Positions 53,465 through 63,152 of a stretch of 64,000 bases of DNA are shown piece by piece (position 1 is the first letter of the stretch; each line of letters opens with the position of its first letter). The stretch comes from Candidatus Caccopulliclostridium gallistercoris. GTDB taxonomy: Bacteria > Bacillota > Clostridia > Christensenellales > UBA1242. The DNA lies in contig DVOJ01000015.1 in NCBI GenBank assembly GCA_018713725.1, positions 9,402-73,401 on the forward strand, in the 5' to 3' direction. The position numbers and the translations under genes are program-made. The notes under the pieces are model-generated. The model saw nothing but the letters and a program-made list of their open reading frames with translations, made no database searches and had not been told where the DNA came from.

Positions 53465-55097
53465 TTATAATATTTTTAAAGCCAGCAGTTTTAATAAAAT
53501 TTAAAATTTTTTCTTTAGATAAAAGCACCATAGGCGGTTTATTTTTAACTTCATATTCTCCATTGCCCAATTCCACTAAATCATCATCTATAACGTCATC
53601 AGTAAAAGTTGACAACACACATTTTCCACCATTTACTAATATTCTATATATTTCTTTTAAAGCAGACAAATACTCACCAACTGTTTCTGCATTGTGAATT
53701 ACTCCCACCGACAAGGCATAATCATAACTATTGTCATTTACAGGAATATCAGTCATGCAAGCAGTAATAAAATTAATTTTTTTAGCATTTACGTTGCCTA
53801 TCATTTCTTTATATTTATCAACTGCTAAAACGTTAGCTCCCTTATTCTTTAAAAAGATAGAATATCTTCCACCACCAGCACCAATATCTATACAATTTGA
53901 ATTTTTTAAATCAAAAGTATTTAAAAGGTCTGTAATATACTTAGAAGTTGGACGATTTTCAAATTCTTTAGCAGTATCTTTTAATTGCCAAAAGCAGTGG
54001 GTATAATATTTTTTATTTAAAACTTTGTATTTTGTATTACATATACAAGCATTAATTACATTTAAATTTAAATCATTCATTTTTTCTAAACATGCTTTTT
54101 CCTGCTTCTCGTTTTTAACTATGGCAAAATATGCAGGCCCCACAGAAGAAAGAGCCAACATTTCACAGTATCCATTTTCGTAAAGGCATCTCAGATTTTC
54201 TCCAATTGTAGTTAAACCATCATAAACAAAAGAGCAGTTTTCATTACTGCCCATATTAAAACGATAATCAAAAACAACGTCGCTAAGCCCCTTTATCTTA
54301 TTATTTGCCATATCCGGCAAAGCCAAATGCAAAAGGTTGTATGCGATTTTTTCAGCATATAACTCTCCTGTTTTTTTAAATTTCCAAAGGTTTTTTTCTT
54401 CAAGTTCCATTAAAAGCTTTGCATCTTTTTGAACATAATCTTTGGGTGTACAAATTAAAACTTTGCCTTCATAAAACATTTTTGCTATTGCTGTAGCTTT
54501 ACCCGTAATAATAATAATCCCTTCATCTGTAAGCCCACTTGTAGCCCCGCCACCAATAGACTGAACAACTTTCAAGTTGTTCTCATCATCATCTCTAACT
54601 TCTTCAGCATGATTTGAAGCCACATATTTAATTAATTCAGCATCTGATATTGGTTTACCATATAGTTCATTTATAGCTGTAGCTACCGCAGTTATGGTGG
54701 AACTGCTAGACCCAAAACCGCAATGTTTAGGAATATCTTTATCGTCTACAGATATTTCTAAAGACGGGTTAACATTAAGAGCGTTACATATTAAAAGATA
54801 CGAGTGCTTTACCAAAACTTTTCTTTTCGTATTCTTTGAGATTATTAATCTTCCTCCACCCTCCTCCAGCAATTTAACTTTTACATTAATAAATTTATTT
54901 AAAGAAACAACAACCTCTCCAGGAGTAAAAACCATATTAGAATTATAACATACTGCAGCAGGATTAATTGCCATTGCGTCTAATCTTGTTGGATAAATAA
55001 TTTCTATTTCATTTAACACCAAATTTATATTTTTTAAATTTTTTTTAGGAAATGGGTTAAAAACATGACCAGCTTTAATTATTGGGAATTTATCCAT
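53394..55097 (-). CDS. GHMP-kinase-fold (beta-RFAP-synthase-like) domain fused to a class I SAM methyltransferase
   Basis: HCGFGSSSSTITAVATA (GHMP motif) and a C-terminal CIDIGAGGGRYS. ATG at 55097 with an AAGGCGG RBS. Confidence 0.55.
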   Translation of the reverse strand: MDKFPIIKAGHVFNPFPKKNLKNINLVLNEIEIIYPTRLDAMAINPAAVCYNSNMVFTPGEVVVSLNKFINVKVKLLEEGGGRLIISKNTKRKVLVKHSYLLICNALNVNPSLEISVDDKDIPKHCGFGSSSSTITAVATAINELYGKPISDAELIKYVASNHAEEVRDDDENNLKVVQSIGGGATSGLTDEGIIIITGKATAIAKMFYEGKVLICTPKDYVQKDAKLLMELEEKNLWKFKKTGELYAEKIAYNLLHLALPDMANNKIKGLSDVVFDYRFNMGSNENCSFVYDGLTTIGENLRCLYENGYCEMLALSSVGPAYFAIVKNEKQEKACLEKMNDLNLNVINACICNTKYKVLNKKYYTHCFWQLKDTAKEFENRPTSKYITDLLNTFDLKNSNCIDIGAGGGRYSIFLKNKGANVLAVDKYKEMIGNVNAKKINFITACMTDIPVNDNSYDYALSVGVIHNAETVGEYLSALKEIYRILVNGGKCVLSTFTDDVIDDDLVELGNGEYEVKNKPPMVLLSKEKILNFIKTAGFKNIINVDEHITNVQTGKRNVYTVCFEK

Positions 55098-55367
55098 TTT
55101 TACCGCCTTAATTATATAAAGTACTATATATAATTTATCATAATATAAAAATAAAGTCAATAATTATAACTAGTCTACAGTTTGAGATAACCTAAACGAT
55201 TTTGTAATAACTTGCACTATAAATAAAGTTTTGATAATTTGCCAGAATTAAAGAAGGCGGCACAAAACTTCTTGCCAGAAATGCAACATGGAGATATAAA
55301 TATTGAATTTATTGAGTAATATATATTTTTTAGAAAACTCAATACTAATGGATTTTTGTCTTTACGA

Positions 55368-55463
55368 TTAATCTCTATACCAACCGAACAAACTTTTGCC
55401 TTCATCAAGCCCTCTAAGTGCACTCATATCCGACTCACTAATATTAAAATCTAAATCAGACAT
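55368..55463 (-). CDS. Untracked 31-codon ORF MSDLDFNISESDMSALRGLDEGKSLFGWYRD
   Basis: ATG at 55463 preceded by AAGGAG at 5-nt spacing. Same strand as the biosynthetic-looking operon and ~270 bp upstream of it. Below the ORF-track size cutoff. Confidence 0.35.
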   Translation of the reverse strand: MSDLDFNISESDMSALRGLDEGKSLFGWYRD

Positions 55464-55528
55464 TTTTTCTCCTTTATTTAATTATATAATAAAAACTTAA
55501 AAAAGTAAATATCTGATAAATATTTAAG

Positions 55529-55557
55529 TTGACTTTAATTAAAAATCAAGCTATTAT
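55529..55557 (+). promoter_or_regulatory. Promoter TTGACT-N17-TATTAT ending 6 nt before the GT4 ATG
   Basis: -35 at 55529-55534, -10 at 55552-55557, ATG at 55564, no SD in between. Confidence 0.45.
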
Positions 55558-55563
55558 TGTTTC

Positions 55564-56727
55564 ATGAGCAAAAAATTAAAAATTGGGCTTTTTTTAGATA
55601 CCTTTTTCCCCATGGTAGACGGCGTTATAATGGTCGTGGATAACTACGCAAAAAGGCTATCAAAATTTTGTGACGTTACGGTTTTTACAATAAACTCCAA
55701 AGAAAAATGCGATAGAAAATTTGATTACAAAATTGTAAGATGCAAAAGCCTTCGCCTTTTAGCTATCGATTATGATATCCCTACCCCTAAATTTGATAAA
55801 AACTTTAATAAAATTTTAAAAGAGAGCAATTTAGATATAGTACATATCCACTCACCTTTTGCGATTGGTGCGCTAGGGGTGAAATATGCAAAAAAACACA
55901 ATATTCCAGCAATTGCCACTATGCACTCTCAGTTTAAAAAGGATTTTTACCGTTCTACAAAAAGCAAAAAGCTTACTAACATTTTACTAAAACATATAAT
56001 GAAGGTTTTCAATAAATGCGACGTTTGTTACGGCGTAAACGATAAAATTTCAGAAATTTTTTACGATTACGGAGCCAAAACAATGCCACTTGTGCAAAGA
56101 AACGGCACGGATATGCTACCAATTGAAGATAAAGCCGCCGCCATTAAATTAGTAAATGAAAAGTACGGGCTGAATGAAGACACTACGGTATTTTTGTTCG
56201 TTGGAAGAATAAACGCACTTAAAAACATATACTTTATTTTAGAAGCCCTAGAAAAGTTAAAAGATAAGAACTTTAAAATGTTCTATGTTGGTGAAGGTCA
56301 AGATTTTGAAGAGCTAGAAAAGAGAGTGAAGAAATCTAGCATTGCGGATAATGTGATACTTACAGGGAAAATAACGGATAGAGAACTTTTAAAGGCAATA
56401 TATCTGCGCGCAAAATTATTTCTATTTCCATCTATGTACGACGCAAGCTCTCTTGTTCAAATTGAAGCAGCTTCACAAGGTACGCCAACAATCTTTTTAA
56501 AAAATTCCGCCACAAGTGCAACGGTAACAGATAATGTAAACGGCTTTTTGTCCGAGCCAACTACGGAAAAATTTGCTGAAAAAATTGAAGAGATATTAGC
56601 AGACGACGAGCTTTATAAAAAAGTTCAAGAAGGCGCAGTAAGAGATTTGTACGTAACTTGGGACGATTGTGTAAAAGAAATGTATCAAAAATATTTGCAA
56701 GCCATTGAAAATAAAAAAGGAAATTAA
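55564..56727 (+). CDS. GT4-family glycosyltransferase
   Basis: N-terminus KIGLFLDTFFPMVDGV and C-terminus FPSMYDASSLVQIEAASQGTP (EX7E). Confidence 0.8.
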   Translation: MSKKLKIGLFLDTFFPMVDGVIMVVDNYAKRLSKFCDVTVFTINSKEKCDRKFDYKIVRCKSLRLLAIDYDIPTPKFDKNFNKILKESNLDIVHIHSPFAIGALGVKYAKKHNIPAIATMHSQFKKDFYRSTKSKKLTNILLKHIMKVFNKCDVCYGVNDKISEIFYDYGAKTMPLVQRNGTDMLPIEDKAAAIKLVNEKYGLNEDTTVFLFVGRINALKNIYFILEALEKLKDKNFKMFYVGEGQDFEELEKRVKKSSIADNVILTGKITDRELLKAIYLRAKLFLFPSMYDASSLVQIEAASQGTPTIFLKNSATSATVTDNVNGFLSEPTTEKFAEKIEEILADDELYKKVQEGAVRDLYVTWDDCVKEMYQKYLQAIENKKGN

Positions 56728-56796
56728 AAAACAAATAAATTTATTTAGGCGCTCTATTTAAGGCGTCTAATTTTATAATACTCTTTGTAAATACTA

Positions 56797-57522
56797 TTGA
56801 TTTTTATCGCAAATTCTGCTAATATATTTTTAATGGAGAAAAACATGAATATAAAAAGATTAGAGAAAAAAATTGAAAAAAAAGCAAATTATTTTAAAGA
56901 AAAATACTATAAAGTATCACAATGGCTATTAAAAAAGCACTTTTTTACAGACGCTCGCATAAGCTATGAAGATAGAAAAAGGGTGGCAGAAATTTTAGTA
57001 ACTATGAGCCCGTATTATATAGACACCATTAGAAAAAGTAGCACAGACAAGGCTTTTGTAGCCGATATATTAAAAGATAAGCTAAATGACCCTAGTTTTT
57101 GTTTTGACATAATTACACAAATTAACTATATGCCAGGCGATACATACTATGTTGGCGGAGACGACCAACTTGAAGAAGACTCACAAAACTCTGTAAATTT
57201 CCGCGAAGAAAACTACGAGCTTGTTCCAAAAGAAATAGCTTCGTCTACCGACTTTATTAAAAAACTATTTGATATAGACCTTGAACTAAAAAGCGGCAAA
57301 GCTATAACTGGTTTTAGAACAAATGCAGCTCAAACTCCGTTTGAATATTTTGGCAAACTTTATCCCGAAGAAACCGTAGAAGCAGTCAAGAGCTATGTTG
57401 AAGAAAACAAAAAAGATAAACAAATAACTAAATATGCAAAAGTTGTTTTAACAGAAAAAATGCCAAAGCTTGCAAAAGAAATATTTGGAAAGGCTCGCGC
57501 AAATGAAGATTTAAGCAAATAA
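56797..57522 (+). CDS. Hypothetical protein
   Basis: Long ORF with no recognisable motif. The start is probably an internal Met (MEKNMNIK). Confidence 0.3.
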   Translation: MIFIANSANIFLMEKNMNIKRLEKKIEKKANYFKEKYYKVSQWLLKKHFFTDARISYEDRKRVAEILVTMSPYYIDTIRKSSTDKAFVADILKDKLNDPSFCFDIITQINYMPGDTYYVGGDDQLEEDSQNSVNFREENYELVPKEIASSTDFIKKLFDIDLELKSGKAITGFRTNAAQTPFEYFGKLYPEETVEAVKSYVEENKKDKQITKYAKVVLTEKMPKLAKEIFGKARANEDLSK

Positions 57523-57717
57523 TTAAATTAAAAAATGAAAAAAAGATTAAAGCAAGCAGCCTTAATCTTTTTTGTTTACTATATTACAGATTGCTTTAAT
57601 GTTTGCGATTTTATGGAAACTATTGTATAATAATTAAAAATTCTAACACAAAAAACAATTTAGTTAGCATTTTTATAAAAAAATATAAAAAATTTTTAAA
57701 ATTTTTTGAAAAAATAC

Positions 57718-57748
57718 TTGAATTTCGAGTTAACTCTAATGTTAAAAA
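57718..57748 (+). promoter_or_regulatory. MerR-type promoter with a 19-bp spacer containing a palindrome
   Basis: TTGAAT-N19-TAAAAA, with GAGTTAACTC (57727-57736) centred in the spacer. Confidence 0.5.
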
Positions 57749-57768
57749 GGTGTCAAGGAGGAAGAAAT

Positions 57769-58893
57769 ATGTATCAAATTGGTAAGTTTGCTAAGATGAA
57801 TAACGTAAGTTTACACACTTTAAGGTGGTATGATAACATTGGGATTTTAAAGGCTCATAAAAAAGATAAGTTCAGCAAATTTCGCTTTTATACCGACGAA
57901 GACGTTAGAATTCTTAACAACGTTCGCATTTTACAAAGCTTTAATTTTACAATTGAAGAAATTTCTAAATTAAACAAAGGTCTTGTTAAAAATAAAATTA
58001 AAGAAATTAAAGATAAAACAACTTACTATGAAAAATACATGTTCTTGCTCCAAAATTTAATATTGGAGGAAAATATGAAAGAAATCAATTTAAAAGAAAA
58101 ATTTGAAAATTTACCACCTATGCTTATTGGCGGAATAAGAGGAGAATGGAAATCGGAAGGAAGTAGTGAAAATTTTAGAGAAGTAGCAAACTATCCTAAT
58201 TGCGAAAAACTTAACGGAGACAAGTTTAAAAAACTATTTTTTGGGGAAGAAAACTTTATAACTTATGTAACAGATGGCAAAAATTTGGGCAAATTAAATA
58301 AAATTAGCAATAGTTTTACATTAAATGAAAAGATATTCAAATATGCAACAACTAATCTTAACCTAATAATTTGGGAAAATGATAACGAAGAATATACTAT
58401 TTATAGAAGAAAAAATGACAAAAATTACACAAAACAAGAATTAGAAAAAATAATAGAAAAAACTAAATTAAAAGAGAACTTTACTTTGTCGCCTTTAAAT
58501 GAACAAACTAAAAACATTTTACTTGGGGAATGGAATTTTGAAGGTTTAACATTAGAAAGTAAAATTGATGCTTATCCTGAAAATAAACTAGACGAAAGTA
58601 AACACGTAGGACCTTGGGCTCCACATTATATTTATTTAAAATTTAATGAAAATGGCTCAGTTCAAACCATGAAAGACGGCGAAATTTTAGAAATTGTCAA
58701 TAGACAATTAACGCCAGAAAATACTATGTCAATTTACTGCAATGATGCAATTATAGATGATACCTTTTCAAAAAAATATAGGCTCCCTTTCAAAATTAGA
58801 AAAATAAAAAATTCTTACTACCTATTTCTTCAAGCAGATTCTTTAAAAATGCCTACCTTAGATGAAATTTGTTATGTTTATAAAAAGTCATAA
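57769..58893 (+). CDS. MerR-family regulator with a large C-terminal domain
   Basis: MYQIGKFAKMNNVSLHTLRWYDNIGIL. ATG at 57769 follows AAGGAGG. Confidence 0.75.
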   Translation: MYQIGKFAKMNNVSLHTLRWYDNIGILKAHKKDKFSKFRFYTDEDVRILNNVRILQSFNFTIEEISKLNKGLVKNKIKEIKDKTTYYEKYMFLLQNLILEENMKEINLKEKFENLPPMLIGGIRGEWKSEGSSENFREVANYPNCEKLNGDKFKKLFFGEENFITYVTDGKNLGKLNKISNSFTLNEKIFKYATTNLNLIIWENDNEEYTIYRRKNDKNYTKQELEKIIEKTKLKENFTLSPLNEQTKNILLGEWNFEGLTLESKIDAYPENKLDESKHVGPWAPHYIYLKFNENGSVQTMKDGEILEIVNRQLTPENTMSIYCNDAIIDDTFSKKYRLPFKIRKIKNSYYLFLQADSLKMPTLDEICYVYKKS

Positions 58894-59028
58894 ATTTTGT
58901 ACCTATTATTTAACCTTACCGACCCTGTAAAAATCTCAAAGGTTCCAGAATTGAAGTACGTAAAAACTCCAGTAGAGCTTATTGAGCTATTAATAGACCA
59001 CTCTGGCGAAAGTCTTGAATTTGTTAAA

Positions 59029-59064
59029 TAAAAAACGCAAAAAGTAATTTTTTGCGTTTTTTAT
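59029..59064. terminator. Bidirectional intrinsic terminator between convergent genes
   Basis: ACGCAAAAA-N5-TTTTTGCGT flanked by an A-run and a T-run. Confidence 0.7.
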
Positions 59065-59077
59065 TTAACAAATATTT

Positions 59078-61048
59078 TTAAACTAATTGTGATGGGTGTT
59101 TTTTAAAGAAGTCTACCCTTGGTAAAAGCTCCTTTATTTTGTGCCCTGTTTCATTGTTATAAAAATAGCTTAACTCTTCAAAGCAGTGTTCCCAATTAAA
59201 GAACTTTTCTTTGTCCACGTTCAAATAGTCCGCTATCATTTCCGTACCCTTTGGCACTATTGGGTGGCTAAGAAGCGTTGCTACCTTTATCATGTAAAGT
59301 GTGTCCACTATGCCTTGGTTTGCTTCCGGTGTGTTCCAAACGCCGTCTTTTGAAAGCTTAACAAAGTGCTTGTTTATATTTCTAATATAGCCGTCAAGCT
59401 TGTTTAACACCACGTGAATTTTGTTGTCGTGAATTAGCCTTTCGCAATCTAAAATGGTGTTATCCCCTTCTTCTTTCACGCTTTCAGAAACTTTGCCTTC
59501 TGGAATTGTCCAATTATAATGCTCGCCAAGCACGTAAAATACACTTCTAACCGCGCGGTTAAGCACGTTTGTGTATAAGCTTCCCTCCTTCAAAACTGGG
59601 TCAGTTTCGTCTGGACTCGCATTTGGGTTCAAGGGTTTCGGGCTAAATGGAACGTTATTGTTACCAACGTTAGCGCCAAGCATGTGCGCACGAATTTGCT
59701 CTGGCGTATAGTAAGCAAGTAAATCTTCTGCCATAGGTGGCGGAGTGTCAGAGCTGCTGGACGCCTTTCTGCCTAAAAATAGTGTGTGTTTGTTTGCTAC
59801 CATTTGCGTGAATTTAAGCTCGCCGTCTGGAACGTTTACTGTTGGGTTTTTGCCTTGGGTGGCTAGCCAAATTCCGCTTTGCGCTATGCCGTAAAAATAT
59901 ATGTTGTCTTCTCCTATAAACTGATATACCTCAGAGTCACTTGAACACCACCAAGCTTTCCAAGCGTCGCCACTATCCTTTAAATAGGCTTGTGTAAAGC
60001 TGATTGGCGCCCAAAGGCTTTCCGGCCAAACCCAAAAGGTAAGGCCTTTAATTTTTGACGTGTCCGGAACTTTTACGCCCCACTCTATGTTGCCCGTAAG
60101 CCTAAACGGCACAAGCGTTTTACCCGTTCTATACCTAATTTCGTTATTTGAAAGAATTTCTGCCGCCTTCTCTCTATCCACAAGTTTATCAAAAACTATG
60201 GTAAAGGAAGGCTTGTTGTTCTCTTCTATTAGTTCATATTTTGGAAGGTTTAAACTTAAAACCCTGTCCTTGTATTCGTTTTTAATATATATTTCCGGTT
60301 TCTTTAAAAACTCTCTAAGCTCTTTTATAACATATTTTCTAGTTGGTGTATGCTCGTCAAGGCCTGTTAGCCACTCATTTAAAAGCTCTGTATAAGCGCC
60401 AAGGTCTAAATAGTAGTTTTCTATGCTTCTAAGTTCAGGCTTTTCTCCGGAAAGCGTGCTTACTGGGTCTATAAGTTCTTCCGGCATATACTGATGCCCT
60501 TGGTCGCACTCATCGGCATAGGCATGTTCACTTTTGCAGTTTTCAAACGGACACTTCCCTTGCACTTGTCTGCCATTTAAAAAGGTGTTTGTTTTAGTGT
60601 CGTAGAATTGCAAAGTAGACATTATCTCCAATTTTCCGCTATTTGAAAGCTTATTAAATATATACGCGCTCATGTTATCGTGATAGGGTTTAGCTTCGCC
60701 AAAGGCAGACGCGCCGAACAAATCTAGTGAAATGTCATACTCGGCTAACACTCTCTTTTGGCTATCATGATTTCCCTTCACGAAATCTATAATGCTACCG
60801 CTAAACTTCTTACTTTCCACAAGCTTTCTATAACCTTCAAGAATTGGCGAACCATAGCAGTCCGTTCCGCAAACATATATAACATTATCTTTCCCAATTC
60901 TATCGCGAAGAAATCTTGCGTAAAAATCGCTGTGTATAAATGTGGATAAGTGCCCGCAATGCAAATTTTTGTTACCATATGGCATACCCGACGTAACTAT
61001 TGCGCGCTTAGGAAAATTAGGCCTATTTTTCAACTTAAATTCGTTCAT
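59078..61048 (-). CDS. metG: Methionyl-tRNA synthetase-like class I aaRS
   Basis: PYGNKNLHCGHL (HIGH-type), GTDCYGSPI, Zn knuckle CPFENC...CDQGH. The KMSKS position reads GRKASSS. Confidence 0.65.
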   Translation of the reverse strand: MNEFKLKNRPNFPKRAIVTSGMPYGNKNLHCGHLSTFIHSDFYARFLRDRIGKDNVIYVCGTDCYGSPILEGYRKLVESKKFSGSIIDFVKGNHDSQKRVLAEYDISLDLFGASAFGEAKPYHDNMSAYIFNKLSNSGKLEIMSTLQFYDTKTNTFLNGRQVQGKCPFENCKSEHAYADECDQGHQYMPEELIDPVSTLSGEKPELRSIENYYLDLGAYTELLNEWLTGLDEHTPTRKYVIKELREFLKKPEIYIKNEYKDRVLSLNLPKYELIEENNKPSFTIVFDKLVDREKAAEILSNNEIRYRTGKTLVPFRLTGNIEWGVKVPDTSKIKGLTFWVWPESLWAPISFTQAYLKDSGDAWKAWWCSSDSEVYQFIGEDNIYFYGIAQSGIWLATQGKNPTVNVPDGELKFTQMVANKHTLFLGRKASSSSDTPPPMAEDLLAYYTPEQIRAHMLGANVGNNNVPFSPKPLNPNASPDETDPVLKEGSLYTNVLNRAVRSVFYVLGEHYNWTIPEGKVSESVKEEGDNTILDCERLIHDNKIHVVLNKLDGYIRNINKHFVKLSKDGVWNTPEANQGIVDTLYMIKVATLLSHPIVPKGTEMIADYLNVDKEKFFNWEHCFEELSYFYNNETGHKIKELLPRVDFFKKHPSQLV

Positions 61049-61124
61049 TTGTATCCCCTTAAAAATTTATTAAAAGTATATATTTTTATATAAATTCTGT
61101 CAAGTAAATATACCTTTTAAAATT

Positions 61125-61799
61125 TTACTTTTTTAATGCTAAATTATAGCTTTCGTCCATCATTCTATATATTTCTTCCAAATTTATTTTTTCATTTAAA
61201 TTAACTGTAATCCAAGATTTTTTATTCATGTGATAGCCTTTAAAAAATATTATATTATCTACAAGTTTTTCTATATTTTCTTGGCTACATCTAATATCTA
61301 GCACTTCAAGCTTTTTGTTATATTTTAAGCCTAATTTTTCACTATTTACAGTTAAAAGCGCGCCGTACCACTTTTTATTATCCTTTCTGCGCCAAATGGC
61401 GTTTTCAGGGGACTTTTCCCATAAATATTCAAGGTCGCCATCGTACTTTTCTTTTATATATTCTATTATTTTTTTAGAATTTTCTTCTTTAAAAATATCT
61501 CTATAAAAGCAGCTTTTCGCAATATCATTTAAAGTGCCCACATATTCTTCTCGCACTCTTCCCACAAAGCTGCCCACCGCGCCTTCAACTAAATACAGCG
61601 TATATGGCTCGTTTGTAGATAGCTCTAAAATTTCGCTACTTATATCATTTTCTTTAATTTTTATTGTAAGCAAAAACTGCTCGTCTATAATTAATTTTTT
61701 AAATTCAAAAGTATTTTCTATTTTTTTAAAACCATAGTTTAAAAGTTTATTTTTATCTATACTCTTATTTTTTAAGACATTTTTTGCGAATTTATCCAT
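61125..61799 (-). CDS. MmcQ/YjbR-family protein
   Basis: C-terminal GYHMNKKSWITVNL matches the YjbR signature as I recall it. Confidence 0.55.
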   Translation of the reverse strand: MDKFAKNVLKNKSIDKNKLLNYGFKKIENTFEFKKLIIDEQFLLTIKIKENDISSEILELSTNEPYTLYLVEGAVGSFVGRVREEYVGTLNDIAKSCFYRDIFKEENSKKIIEYIKEKYDGDLEYLWEKSPENAIWRRKDNKKWYGALLTVNSEKLGLKYNKKLEVLDIRCSQENIEKLVDNIIFFKGYHMNKKSWITVNLNEKINLEEIYRMMDESYNLALKK

Positions 61800-61835
61800 A
61801 AAAATATTTTATCATAATAAAATAAGATTGTAAAC

Positions 61836-63152
61836 TTATAGGCTTATATGCGGAGTAATTTTTAGTTTAAATATAACACCTTCTAAAAAATTAGATTGGT
61901 CGTATAGCGAATTTAAAAATCTCTCAAACTTTTTTGGATGAAAAGCTTTAAAGTAATCGTAGACATGAACTAAATCTAGTTTGTTTTCTATCATTAAGTC
62001 TTGCGCCACTTTAAATTCCTTTTTGGCTTGCATGTTTACTTTATTTCTAAGCTCGGGAGAAATTATGGATAGTTCTGGCTGCATAACATCAGAATCCAAA
62101 TTTTCCTGTTTTACTTGGTCTACTTCCATAATTAAGCTTAAATTTCCTTCAAAAACGGGGATATCGTTCACAAAATATACGTTTATATTTAATTTTTTTC
62201 TTAAAAGTTTAAAGGTAATGGTGGCATTTGTAAAAACTTCGTCCGTAACATTATAAACGGTTAGATAGCTTTCGTTGCATCTTGGATTCAGCCAATTTAA
62301 ACCCTTTAACTGCTCAGGCGTTAGAACTACGCTTAAGGTACCGTCCTTATATACTGCTATGCGCCCTTCGTTTAAAAGGGTATTCTTTTTTTGAGGCTCC
62401 CCGCCACCGCTAGATTCTCCTTGTCCACTTGAAGTGGCTTGCCCCTCACTTTCACTTGCCCCACTAGATGAACTGCCACCCGAACTCTCTCCACCGTCCG
62501 AGCTTCCGCTAGCCGAACTTCCGCCCGACGTTGTTATACCACTTGTGCCGCTAGCAAGTTCAATGTACCCTAACATTGAAATTTTCTGCGGAGAAAAATA
62601 ACCCTGATAAAAACTTTCAATGTTGCTTTCCGTGTTGTAGACCTTGTCTTGACTATAATGTATCAGTTCTTCAACATTTAAGTCGGAAGCTGAATTAAGG
62701 TTTAGGGTAGCATTTAAAAAATCTTTTGCGCTTTCATTCGTACAAATTAAAGGGACATTATTTAAAACGTCTGTACTTCTAGTAAGAGAGTCTATAACCT
62801 TAGCTAAATTTCCGCTAGAAATCTCTTCGTTTACCACAATCATTTCGGCTAAATTTAAGGCTATCTTTTTGCCGGCGTATCTAGAAATCTTTTGAAAGGC
62901 AAGCGCTACATTTTCTGCTTCTGCTGAAAAAAGTTTATAGTTTTCCGTGTAGTTTGTATTTGGCGTTGGAACGAACACAACGGCACTAACTTCCACGCCT
63001 TCCGGCGAGCCATCTATGCCAATTCTTGTTACAATTGCTCTTAAACTTGTATCCGCTGGCATTAAAAGCGCTATGGGCGCGTATAAAATTAACACCACTA
63101 AAAATACAAATAACATAGGTTTATTTAGGATCTTTTTTATAAATTTTTTCAT
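61836..63152 (-). CDS. Ger(x)C-like germination protein with a Ser/Gly-rich insert
   Basis: N-terminal IVTRIGIDG pattern and adjacency to a Ger(x)B-like permease. No lipobox Cys seen. Confidence 0.35.
   Translation of the reverse strand: MKKFIKKILNKPMLFVFLVVLILYAPIALLMPADTSLRAIVTRIGIDGSPEGVEVSAVVFVPTPNTNYTENYKLFSAEAENVALAFQKISRYAGKKIALNLAEMIVVNEEISSGNLAKVIDSLTRSTDVLNNVPLICTNESAKDFLNATLNLNSASDLNVEELIHYSQDKVYNTESNIESFYQGYFSPQKISMLGYIELASGTSGITTSGGSSASGSSDGGESSGGSSSSGASESEGQATSSGQGESSGGGEPQKKNTLLNEGRIAVYKDGTLSVVLTPEQLKGLNWLNPRCNESYLTVYNVTDEVFTNATITFKLLRKKLNINVYFVNDIPVFEGNLSLIMEVDQVKQENLDSDVMQPELSIISPELRNKVNMQAKKEFKVAQDLMIENKLDLVHVYDYFKAFHPKKFERFLNSLYDQSNFLEGVIFKLKITPHISL

Noticed and set aside
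55217-55423. 68-aa ORF upstream of the biosynthetic-looking operon
   Set aside because: It has no SD and overlaps, in another frame, the 31-codon ORF that has a strong SD. It is judged less likely to be real.
57603-57785. 60-aa ORF upstream of and overlapping the MerR gene
   Set aside because: It lies across the MerR-type promoter and SD, has an AT-rich Lys/Asn-rich translation, and has no RBS.
58894-59029. In-frame 45-codon extension after the TAA of the MerR-family gene
   Set aside because: It could reflect a recent nonsense mutation or chance. There is no evidence for read-through, and it ends at the shared terminator.
61049-61124. T-box leader upstream of the MetRS gene
   Set aside because: Only 76 nt separate the start from the next gene, which is too short for a T-box. 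No specifier or terminator helices were seen.
62400-62530. GC-richer low-complexity stretch
   Set aside because: It encodes the Ser/Gly-rich linker of the Ger(x)C-like protein and is not a separate element.
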